Shown here one piece after another: positions 37,740 through 47,652 of a DNA stretch of 64,000 nt; position 1 is the stretch's first letter; each line of letters begins with the position of its first letter. The notes beneath the pieces are model-generated. The model had not been told where the DNA came from. It saw nothing but the letters and a program-made list of their open reading frames with translations, and ran no database searches. The translations under genes and the position numbers were made by a program. The DNA is taken from positions 448,001 through 512,000 of the forward strand of contig CAVOVB010000002.1 in the NCBI GenBank assembly GCA_963699755.1, read 5' to 3'. Source of the stretch: an uncultured delta proteobacterium. Lineage in GTDB: Bacteria; Myxococcota_A; Polyangia; Polyangiales; Houyiibacteriaceae.

Positions 37740-39194
37740 TTACTGGATGGGGGCGGTGAGGCGGGCGAGGCGGACGCCAAGGCGGAACCACCAGGGCTCT
37801 CGGTCGTACTCGCCCTGTTCCATCAGCCGGGCGTGCTTGAAATCGTTCTCGAACATCTCTTCGACTTCGGACGCGAACGTCGGGTCGACGATGGCTGCCG
37901 TGATCTCGAAGTTCAGGCGGAACGACCGATTGTCGAAGTTTGCGGTTCCGATCGTGGCCACGCCGTCGTCAATCAACATGGCCTTCTCGTGAAGGAAGCC
38001 ATGCTGGTACCGATAGAACTTTGCTCCCGTGCGACCTGCGTCATCGAAGTACGAGTATGCGGCCAAATAGACCAGCATGTGGTCGGGCTTGTCGGGGATT
38101 AGAATCCGCACATCTACGCCGCGCAAGCCGGCTAGCTGCAGAGCGACGATCACCGAATGCTCCGGCACGAAGTAGGGGCTCGCGATCCAAATCCGCTTCT
38201 GGGCTGCGTTGATCGCATGGACGAACATCAGGTTCGCGGTTTCGAGCTCGTCGGCAGGGCCCGTGGGGATGATCAGCACGCGGCTATCGCTGCCATCGGG
38301 GGCGGGTCGCGCGGCCCAGTTGAGCTTGGGCAGCGTCTCGGTCGCCCAGTACCAATCCTCGGCGAACGAGATTTGTGCCTTCAAGACCGCGGGCCCCTCG
38401 ATGCGCACATGGGTGTCCCGCCAATGACCAAACTCCGGATCTTTGCCCATGTATTCGTCGCCGACATTGTGGCCACCGATCCAGGCCACTCGTCCGTCCG
38501 TGACCACGATCTTGCGATGATTGCGGAAATTGAGCTGGAAGCGGTTGCGACGCCCTTTGCGCGTATTGAACTCGTGGATTTCCACACCGGCATCGCTGAG
38601 CTCTTGCGCGTAGCTGCTTCGAAGATCGTGACATCCGATTTCGTCATAGAGGAAATACACCCGCAGCCCCTGCTTGGCCTTGGCGAGAAGATGGTCCTTG
38701 AGAGCTCGCCCCAGATCGTCGTCGTGCACGATGTAAAACTGCACCAAAACGTACTCGTGGGCCTCGTCGATGCCGTCCAAGATGCTCTTGAACGTCGCGT
38801 CGCCATCGATCAGCAGATCCACTCGGTTCCCGCGAAGCACTGGCATGTTCGCCAAGCCTTCCGCCGCACTCGTTGCTTCTGGCCGCTCGCTCTCCGGCAC
38901 CCGATACGGGCCCACCGTTTCGATCGCTTCCCTCTCAATTTGATCTGTGCGCTCATCGTTGCTCCGCCGAGCGACGACGTACCCTTGAAACTTGCTGCGC
39001 CCGAACACCCAGTACGCAGGCACCGCCAAATACGGGAACGTGTTGAGGCTCACCGCCCATGCGATCGCCCCTTGCGAGGTGCGCGTGCTCATCACGGCGT
39101 GAACCGACGAGGTGAAACCCAAGGCGTGAAAAAGCACGACCAGCGCGGTGATCATTCGTCTCCTCCGAGATTCATATTCTTTGTGCTCAGCCAC
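37740..39194 (-). CDS. cls: Cardiolipin synthase
   Basis: Two HKD motifs (RNHRKIVVTDG, FLHEKAMLIDD), two N-terminal TMs, WRDTHVRIEGP, GTANFDNRSFRLNFE. Confidence 0.95.
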   Translation of the reverse strand: MAEHKEYESRRRRMITALVVLFHALGFTSSVHAVMSTRTSQGAIAWAVSLNTFPYLAVPAYWVFGRSKFQGYVVARRSNDERTDQIEREAIETVGPYRVPESERPEATSAAEGLANMPVLRGNRVDLLIDGDATFKSILDGIDEAHEYVLVQFYIVHDDDLGRALKDHLLAKAKQGLRVYFLYDEIGCHDLRSSYAQELSDAGVEIHEFNTRKGRRNRFQLNFRNHRKIVVTDGRVAWIGGHNVGDEYMGKDPEFGHWRDTHVRIEGPAVLKAQISFAEDWYWATETLPKLNWAARPAPDGSDSRVLIIPTGPADELETANLMFVHAINAAQKRIWIASPYFVPEHSVIVALQLAGLRGVDVRILIPDKPDHMLVYLAAYSYFDDAGRTGAKFYRYQHGFLHEKAMLIDDGVATIGTANFDNRSFRLNFEITAAIVDPTFASEVEEMFENDFKHARLMEQGEYDREPWWFRLGVRLARLTAPIQ

Positions 39195-39337
39195 GGAGCG
39201 CCAAGCGTACTGGCCTGAGTGTGAATGATCGTGGCGGCTGCGTGAAGGCCCGTGTAGATGGCGCCATTCATCAGCTTTGGCCCGCGTACGCGCAGTTCCA
39301 CAGCGCCGCGCCTTGATCGGTCGTCATCCCGGCGGAG

Positions 39338-41893
39338 ATGGTCCTCCATGCTGCGCCCGGGGACCCAACCGTGCTAAGTGGGGTCTCGATGCTGGAGAGT
39401 TCCAATCTGGCTGGGCCTTGGGTGGCTGCGTTTTCACTCGTCTGCGCCGTCGGCCTCATGGGCGCGCAAGTCGCGCATGCCCAGCCCCCAGCACCTCAAC
39501 CCGAGGCTGCACCGTACGCCCCTCCACCTGAAGCCCCCAAGAAGCTCACGGGCTCGGACTTCGCTATCGAGGCTGCTGCCGTGGAAGAGCGGCTCTCTCG
39601 CATCGAGACGGAGCTGTCGGTGATCGACGTGCTCGCGGACGTCACCGAAGCGCTCGATGAGGTGGATGCCGAGGGTGCGGCGCTGGGCGAGAGGATCGAT
39701 GCGCTGGGGGCTCGACGAATGATGAGCTCCGAGCTCAACGACTTGCAAGCTCGGCTTGAATTCCTCGATGCGCGGGTCGACCGGCAGGTCGCGAAAATCA
39801 GCGCTTACGGAGCTGGGCTCGAAGCGCTGATGACACAGAACGACGAGGACGTCGCGCTCTGGGCCGAAGCGCTAAAACGAGGGCGAAAGCGCTCCCTTCC
39901 AAAGCAGGTGGTCGATCGCACCGCGTCGATCCTGCAGGGGCTCCGCGAGGGCGGCAAACTGCTGCAGGGTAAGGCCGGCGAAGTGCTCGAGGTTCAATCC
40001 AGGGCCCTGGATGTTCGCGACGGGCTTCGCGTAGCCCAACAGCGCGTTGGCGTCGCGCAAGGTGCGGTGGTCGACAGCGTCTTCGAAAAACAGGCCCCGC
40101 CCATCTGGAAGGCTGGCGAACGCTTGGCCGATAAAGGCACGTGGGAAGGCTACGACTTGGGCTTCTCGTGGCCAGCCGTCAAGGATTACTTGATAGGCAG
40201 ACGCGCGCTGCTGATCTTCCAGGCTCTCATCGCGCTTCTCCTCGGGCTTCTCATCGCGAGAGCCCGCGCGCTGGTGACGGAAAGAACCGCAAAGGGTCAG
40301 AACGAGAGCGGCACCGCTTGGGAGCACCAGGCCAGCCAGGCGCTTCGTCATCCCTGGCCGGCAGCCCTTCTGGTGAGCATCGCAGTCGCCCGCTTCCTCC
40401 ATTCGGACCGCACGGTTGAGATGATTCTGCTCACCTGGGTCGTCGTGATCCCGCTCTGGTTCGTGGTCTACAAAGAGATGGTGCCGGCGGGCATCCGCCA
40501 TGCGCTCATCGGGCTTGCCGTGCTCGGGACCTTCCAAGTCGTCGTGGCCCTAGCCTCGGGACACCCCGAAATCGAGCGCGCCCTGCTGCTCGCGCAGCTG
40601 CTTCTTGCCGTAGCGGGCTCGGCGTGGCTCATTCGCCTTCTACACAGAGCAGATGTGCCGAAGCATATCCGGGGGGGACTCTGGTTCTCGGTAACGAGCC
40701 TTTGGGCCAGGCTTGCCTTACTGAGCGGCATCGTGGGCGCATGCGCAGCCGTTCTAGGCTACATCTTTCTGGCAACGGAAGCCTCCGTTTTCGTGATTAT
40801 CGGAACGATTGCGGCGACTGCCTACATGGCCCTGGAGCGCGTCGTCGAGGCCCTTCTCTTGACCGGCGTGCACACCGGCCGCTTCGATGTTTTCCGGATG
40901 GTCCGAGCGAATCGGGACGTCATCGCGAAAACCTTGAGCCGCATCTTACGTCTTCTCACCGCTGCTTTGTTTGCCTGGTCGATTTCGGACATCACATCGG
41001 CCTGGCGGCCGATGGCACGCGTCCTGGGGCAGTGGCTGTCGTCCGATTTGGGGATCGGTCTCGCCGATACGGGCGTGACGTTTGGGGACTTCTTCGGCTT
41101 CTTTTTTGTTCTGTGGTTGGGCTGGATCACGGCGCGATTCGTGAGCTTCGTTCTCGGCCAGGAGGTTCTTCCGCGACTTCACATGCAGCAGGGAGTCCCG
41201 TTCGCGCTGACGACGTTCGCGCGCTACGCGATCATCGCCATTGGCTTTGTCGCCGCCCTATCGGTGCTGGGGATCCCGCTCGACAGAGTGACCATCGTCC
41301 TGAGCGCGCTCGGCGTCGGCATCGGCTTTGGGCTCCAAAACCTGGTCAACAACTTCGTGTCGGGCTTCGTGCTCTTGACCGAACGGCCGATTCGCTTGCA
41401 CGACAAGGTCGAGATCGACCAGATCCTCGGGAACGTCAGCAGTATTGGGATTCGGGCCAGCACGGTCCGCACCTTCGATGGCGCCGAGGTGATCGTACCC
41501 AATGGTGACCTGATCTCGGGCCGGGTCATCAACTGGACCCTCGCCGCGCGTCAGCAGCGGGTGACCATCCCCCTCGGCGTGGCCTATGGAACGGACCCCA
41601 ATCAGGTCCTCGAGATCCTGAGGAAGGTCGCAGCGAACAACGAGAAAGTTTTCGAGAACCCAAAGCCGCTCGCCCTGTTTCGAGGGTTCGGCGAGAGCTC
41701 ACTCGATTTCGAGCTACGGATCTTCATGGACCCTTCAGATGTCTTGGACGTGCCGAGCTCCGTCTACGTGGCGATCAACGAGGCGTTGAAAGAGGCTGGC
41801 ATCGAGATTCCGTTCCCGCAGCGGGACGTACACTTGCGCGGAGTGCCGGAAGGGTTCGCTGGTGCCGGGACCGGGACCGGGACCGAAGAGTAG
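39338..41893 (+). CDS. Large MscS-family mechanosensitive channel (MscK/MscM-like)
   Basis: Periplasmic coiled coil, many TMs, ALGVGIGFGLQNLVNNFVSG...ERPI, IGIRASTVRTFDGAEVIVPN, IEIPFPQRDVH. Exact start is uncertain. Confidence 0.92.
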   Translation: MVLHAAPGDPTVLSGVSMLESSNLAGPWVAAFSLVCAVGLMGAQVAHAQPPAPQPEAAPYAPPPEAPKKLTGSDFAIEAAAVEERLSRIETELSVIDVLADVTEALDEVDAEGAALGERIDALGARRMMSSELNDLQARLEFLDARVDRQVAKISAYGAGLEALMTQNDEDVALWAEALKRGRKRSLPKQVVDRTASILQGLREGGKLLQGKAGEVLEVQSRALDVRDGLRVAQQRVGVAQGAVVDSVFEKQAPPIWKAGERLADKGTWEGYDLGFSWPAVKDYLIGRRALLIFQALIALLLGLLIARARALVTERTAKGQNESGTAWEHQASQALRHPWPAALLVSIAVARFLHSDRTVEMILLTWVVVIPLWFVVYKEMVPAGIRHALIGLAVLGTFQVVVALASGHPEIERALLLAQLLLAVAGSAWLIRLLHRADVPKHIRGGLWFSVTSLWARLALLSGIVGACAAVLGYIFLATEASVFVIIGTIAATAYMALERVVEALLLTGVHTGRFDVFRMVRANRDVIAKTLSRILRLLTAALFAWSISDITSAWRPMARVLGQWLSSDLGIGLADTGVTFGDFFGFFFVLWLGWITARFVSFVLGQEVLPRLHMQQGVPFALTTFARYAIIAIGFVAALSVLGIPLDRVTIVLSALGVGIGFGLQNLVNNFVSGFVLLTERPIRLHDKVEIDQILGNVSSIGIRASTVRTFDGAEVIVPNGDLISGRVINWTLAARQQRVTIPLGVAYGTDPNQVLEILRKVAANNEKVFENPKPLALFRGFGESSLDFELRIFMDPSDVLDVPSSVYVAINEALKEAGIEIPFPQRDVHLRGVPEGFAGAGTGTGTEE

Positions 41894-41895
41894 TC

Positions 41896-42456
41896 TCAGT
41901 CGGCCGCTTGGCCGTAGGTCGCTTCGAGGTACCGTACGATGTCCGCCGACTCCGGCATCCAGCGGTCTTCTCCGTCGGGGCTCGTGATTCTCAGGACGGG
42001 CACGGTCGTTCGACCCCGCGCCTCGCGGAGTGCCGCGAGATGCGCCGGATCGGTGTAGATGTTGCGAAGCTCGACTTCGAGGCCAAGCGCGTCGATCACG
42101 CGGAGCACTCGCACGCAGAACGGACAGCCGTCGAAATAGTAGAGGGACAATCTGTCCTCGTCCGGCGCCTCGGCAGGACCGAGGCATTCGAGAAACCTGC
42201 GCGCGTAGTATTCGGGCCACGCAATGTCCGACTCCGTCGCACGGTGCTCATCGTCGGCCCCGATCAGACAGAACACCAATCGACTCCGGGTCAACGGGGC
42301 GGCCAAAAATGGCGCCAAGCGACCCTGAAGATGCTCCGCGTACCAGAGCGGCCACTCTGGATCTTCGCCTTCAGCGTGCAGGAATGCCGCGTGATGGGCT
42401 TCACCGGTTTGCCGGAAGAGCTCGGCGAGTCGTTCGACCGTGGCTTCATCCCTCAT
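41896..42456 (-). CDS. Glutaredoxin-like (CPFC) domain fused to an uncharacterised N-terminal helical domain
   Basis: LSLYYFDGCPFCVRV, TTVPVLRI, MPESADIVRYL; GGAGG upstream. Confidence 0.85.
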   Translation of the reverse strand: MRDEATVERLAELFRQTGEAHHAAFLHAEGEDPEWPLWYAEHLQGRLAPFLAAPLTRSRLVFCLIGADDEHRATESDIAWPEYYARRFLECLGPAEAPDEDRLSLYYFDGCPFCVRVLRVIDALGLEVELRNIYTDPAHLAALREARGRTTVPVLRITSPDGEDRWMPESADIVRYLEATYGQAAD

Positions 42457-42535
42457 CGTTCTTTCCTCCGCAGGCTCGACTATCGTTCCCTTCGCCAGCT
42501 TGGCAATGCCGTCGGAAGCGGGTATCGCTCACCCC

Positions 42536-43561
42536 ATGACGAAGATCCGCTCCTCCTTCATCTTCCTTCTCGCTGCCGGCGCATTCTCAGTGCCTGGAGC
42601 CGTCTCGACGCCCCAAGCCCGCGCCAACGGACCCATCATCATTCGCTTTGCCTCGCTCGCACCCGCGGGCTCCGGTTTCATGAAGATCTCGAAAGCCTGG
42701 AACCGTAGCGTCAAGAAGGAAACCAACAACCGCGTTGAGCTCCGCTTCTACTCCGGCGGCAGCCAGGGCGACGAGCGCGACTTCGTCCGAAAGATGCGCG
42801 CGGGGCAGATGGACGGCGCCGGAATTTCAACGACGGGGCTCGGAATGGTCGCGCGTCCGGTGCTCGTGCTGACAGCGCCCGGCTTGCTCACCGAATACGA
42901 GCAACTCACGCGCGCACGGACTGAGCTCAACGACCGCTTCACCAAACTGTTCAAAGACGCTGGCTTCGTGCTGCTCAACTGGGGCGAAGCCGGCAAGAAC
43001 CGGCTCTTCTCGGCCAACCCTTTCGTCAGACCCGACGACCTCAAGAGCTTCCGGCCGTGGGCCTGGAAAGATGATCCGGTCTTCGCAGAATTCATCAGCG
43101 TGATCGGTGCCAACCCAGTTCGGATGGGCCTTCCCGAAGTCTATGGTGGATTGCAGACCCGCATGGTCGACACGGTTCCCGCATCCGCCCTCGCGGCGGT
43201 CGCGCTCCAGTGGTACACGCGCCTCAAGTACATGGCGAAAGACAATTTCAACATCATGGTTGGTGGCGGAATCGTGACGCAAGAGAAGTTCGACGAGCTC
43301 TCCGAGCACGATCAGAAGGTCTTGCTCTCGAGCAGCGTGCGCGCGTCCAAGGCGAACGACGCGCTGGTCCGTCGTGACGACGCGAAAGCTTACGCATCGC
43401 TCGTCGCCCGCGGCATGATCGAAGTGGACACCTCGCCCTACGAAGCGGAGTGGGATGCAGTCGCGAAGAAGGCGCGCGACAACCTGGCAGGCCGCGTTTA
43501 TAGCAAGAGCCTGCTCGAAGCGGTCGAAAAGGTCGTCGCGTCCAGCCCTCGGACACCTTGA
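42536..43561 (+). CDS. TRAP transporter substrate-binding protein (DctP/TatP-like)
   Basis: Signal peptide; IRFASLAPAGS, YSGGSQGDERDFVRKMRAGQMDG, PEVYGGLQTRMVD. Confidence 0.88.
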   Translation: MTKIRSSFIFLLAAGAFSVPGAVSTPQARANGPIIIRFASLAPAGSGFMKISKAWNRSVKKETNNRVELRFYSGGSQGDERDFVRKMRAGQMDGAGISTTGLGMVARPVLVLTAPGLLTEYEQLTRARTELNDRFTKLFKDAGFVLLNWGEAGKNRLFSANPFVRPDDLKSFRPWAWKDDPVFAEFISVIGANPVRMGLPEVYGGLQTRMVDTVPASALAAVALQWYTRLKYMAKDNFNIMVGGGIVTQEKFDELSEHDQKVLLSSSVRASKANDALVRRDDAKAYASLVARGMIEVDTSPYEAEWDAVAKKARDNLAGRVYSKSLLEAVEKVVASSPRTP

Positions 43562-43674
43562 CGGTGCAGTGCATGCGAGAGCAGCTCCTAGCTGGCTGGC
43601 CCGCCGAGGAAGCGCACGACCTGCCGTACTGAGTGGGCATCGAGGCAGCCTTGGGGGGTTGGGGGAGAGGAGGC

Positions 43675-43819
43675 CCAGCCCTCGTGAATCGCCTGCCACG
43701 CTCGCGGCTTTTTGTCGGAATTTGTACTCTTTCGACCCAAGCAGGGTGTGTTCGACTAAACTCTGCTGGGCAATGTGGGAGGCGGTGCAGGCGAGATTCG
43801 GGGGGCTGGTGTCCGACGA
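43675..43819 (+). other. Candidate structured RNA element upstream of glgX
   Basis: A long interrupted stem 43675-43706/43774-43809 encloses two hairpins; G-U pairs favour the + strand. Confidence 0.45.
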
Positions 43820-43855
43820 TTTCCATCCGTCCAGCGCGCTAACGAAGCGAACGGC

Positions 43856-45916
<2,061 letters not shown>

Positions 45917-45918
45917 CT

Positions 45919-47448
45919 GTGGAGCTCCCTAGGCGCAGCGGCGTTCTTCTACACATCACCTCGCTTCCTGGCGGTCCGTATACGGGGGATCTGGGCCCGT
46001 CCGCACATGCGTTCGCAGACTTCCTCGCTGAAGCCGGCCAGGGCTGGTGGCAGACTCTCCCGCTCAATCCGATCGGTGATTTTGAATCACCCTACTCCAG
46101 CATCTCGGCCTTCGCCTGCGAGCCGTTGATGATTTCGCCGAAGGCTCTAAGCGAGGACGGCTTGCTAAACGAACGCTCGCTCCCGCGTAATGCACCTCGC
46201 TCCAAGACCGCAAGCGCCGATTTCGGAAGCTCCAAGCGCCTTCGGCCCAAGCTCCTCATGGAAGCGTATCGGACGTTCATCGCGCGAGGCTCAGCGGAAA
46301 TGAGGCGTTCCTTCGGCGAGTTTCGAGATCGTGAGCGCGTCTGGCTAGACGACTTCTGCTTGTTCATCACGCTTCGGGCACGGTACGGGACTGCCGATTG
46401 GACGACCTGGCCGGAAGGCCTCGCTCGGCGGCAGCCATCGGTGCTCTCCGCCGTGCGCGACGAGTCTGCGGACCAGATCGACTATTTCGCGTTCGAGCAA
46501 TTTCTCGTCGACCGACAATGGGATGCGCTTCGAAAGCATTGTAAAGACAGGCGCATAGGGCTGATCGGTGACGTACCCATGTTCGTCGCGCATCGGAGCG
46601 CGGACGTCTGGAGCCACCCCGAGGCGTTTCTCCTAGACGCAGATGGCCGCCCCAGGTTCGTCGCGGGCGCTCCGCCTGACGCATTTGCCGCGGATGGACA
46701 GCGTTGGGGAAACGCCCTGTACGACTGGGAGCAGCACGAACACACAGGATTTGGATGGTGGAAGTCCCGGCTGCAGCGCCAGCTCGAGCTCTTCGACCTG
46801 CTGCGGCTCGACCACTTCATCGGTTTTTCGCGATACTGGCGGATTCCGAGTGAGTCCGAGACGGCCATGGATGGACAGTGGATCGATGCTCCCGGGCACG
46901 CGTTTTTCGAGGAGCTGACGCGAGTGCATGGCGAGCTCCCGTTCATCGCGGAGGACCTCGGAGCAGTCAGCCAGGAGGTCTGGGACCTCCGCGATCGCTA
47001 CGGCCTCCCGGGGATGAAGGTGCTGCAATTTGCGTTTGGTGGCGACCCTGAAAACCGTGTGCACCACCCCGACGCCTACCCACGAAGGAGCGTGGCGTTC
47101 ACCGGGACCCACGACAGCAACACGATGCTAGGCTGGTACCGAGACCTCCAGCGCCAGGCCCAGTCCAACGACGCGACCGCCGATGCAGAGCTCCTGCGCG
47201 TCCAGCGCTACTTCGGGACGAGCCGGGACCTAGACGTCGTCGACGCCGCGATTCGAGCACTTCTCGGGTCCCCTGCCGACACCGTGATCTTCCCACTTCA
47301 AGATCTGCTTCATCTCGACGGACGCCACCGGATGAATCGTCCTGGAACCACGAACGGCAACTGGACCTGGAGGGTAGAGCAAGGCCAGCTGAGTCGCGCG
47401 CTCGCCAGGCGGCTTCGCGCACTCGCAGAGGCAGCGGACCGGCTCTGA
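45919..47448 (+). CDS. malQ: 4-alpha-glucanotransferase
   Basis: RRSGVLLHITSLPG, WQTLPLNP, GAPPDAF...GQRWGN, LRLDHFIGF, IAEDLG, TGTHDSNT, MNRPGT..GNW. Confidence 0.97.
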   Translation: MELPRRSGVLLHITSLPGGPYTGDLGPSAHAFADFLAEAGQGWWQTLPLNPIGDFESPYSSISAFACEPLMISPKALSEDGLLNERSLPRNAPRSKTASADFGSSKRLRPKLLMEAYRTFIARGSAEMRRSFGEFRDRERVWLDDFCLFITLRARYGTADWTTWPEGLARRQPSVLSAVRDESADQIDYFAFEQFLVDRQWDALRKHCKDRRIGLIGDVPMFVAHRSADVWSHPEAFLLDADGRPRFVAGAPPDAFAADGQRWGNALYDWEQHEHTGFGWWKSRLQRQLELFDLLRLDHFIGFSRYWRIPSESETAMDGQWIDAPGHAFFEELTRVHGELPFIAEDLGAVSQEVWDLRDRYGLPGMKVLQFAFGGDPENRVHHPDAYPRRSVAFTGTHDSNTMLGWYRDLQRQAQSNDATADAELLRVQRYFGTSRDLDVVDAAIRALLGSPADTVIFPLQDLLHLDGRHRMNRPGTTNGNWTWRVEQGQLSRALARRLRALAEAADRL

Positions 47449-47652
47449 CCTCTTGGAGGCGCTACCAGAACGTGAGCGCACCGTCCGAGGGAGCGCCTGG
47501 ACTTCCGCGTCGCTCGCGGATCCTTTTGCGCCCAAACCACTGCTGAAAAGGAAAACGAAGTCTTTCCGTGGAGATCCCCTTGCCATCCTTTGGGCGAGAG
47601 TCGACACTCGTAGGCCCCCAACCTACTGGGCTCATTCCTGGAGGACACGGAA

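Noticed and set aside
41865..41886. CCGGGA tandem repeat at the end of the MscS gene
   Set aside because: About three in-frame units encoding a GT tail; no evident consequence.
43651..43673. G-rich run as a G-quadruplex
   Set aside because: Only two long G tracts; unremarkable in a GC-rich genome.
43680..43850. c-di-AMP (ydaO) riboswitch resemblance (GTGAATC, ATCCGTC, GCTAAC)
   Set aside because: The fragments lack the required spacing and the AGCGGGGGA and GGGGTGAA cores.
47500..47600. c-di-GMP-I riboswitch-like words (GGGCGCAAAAG on the minus strand)
   Set aside because: The GGCAAA and GNRA-capped P2 elements are missing, and the orientation is antisense to glgP.
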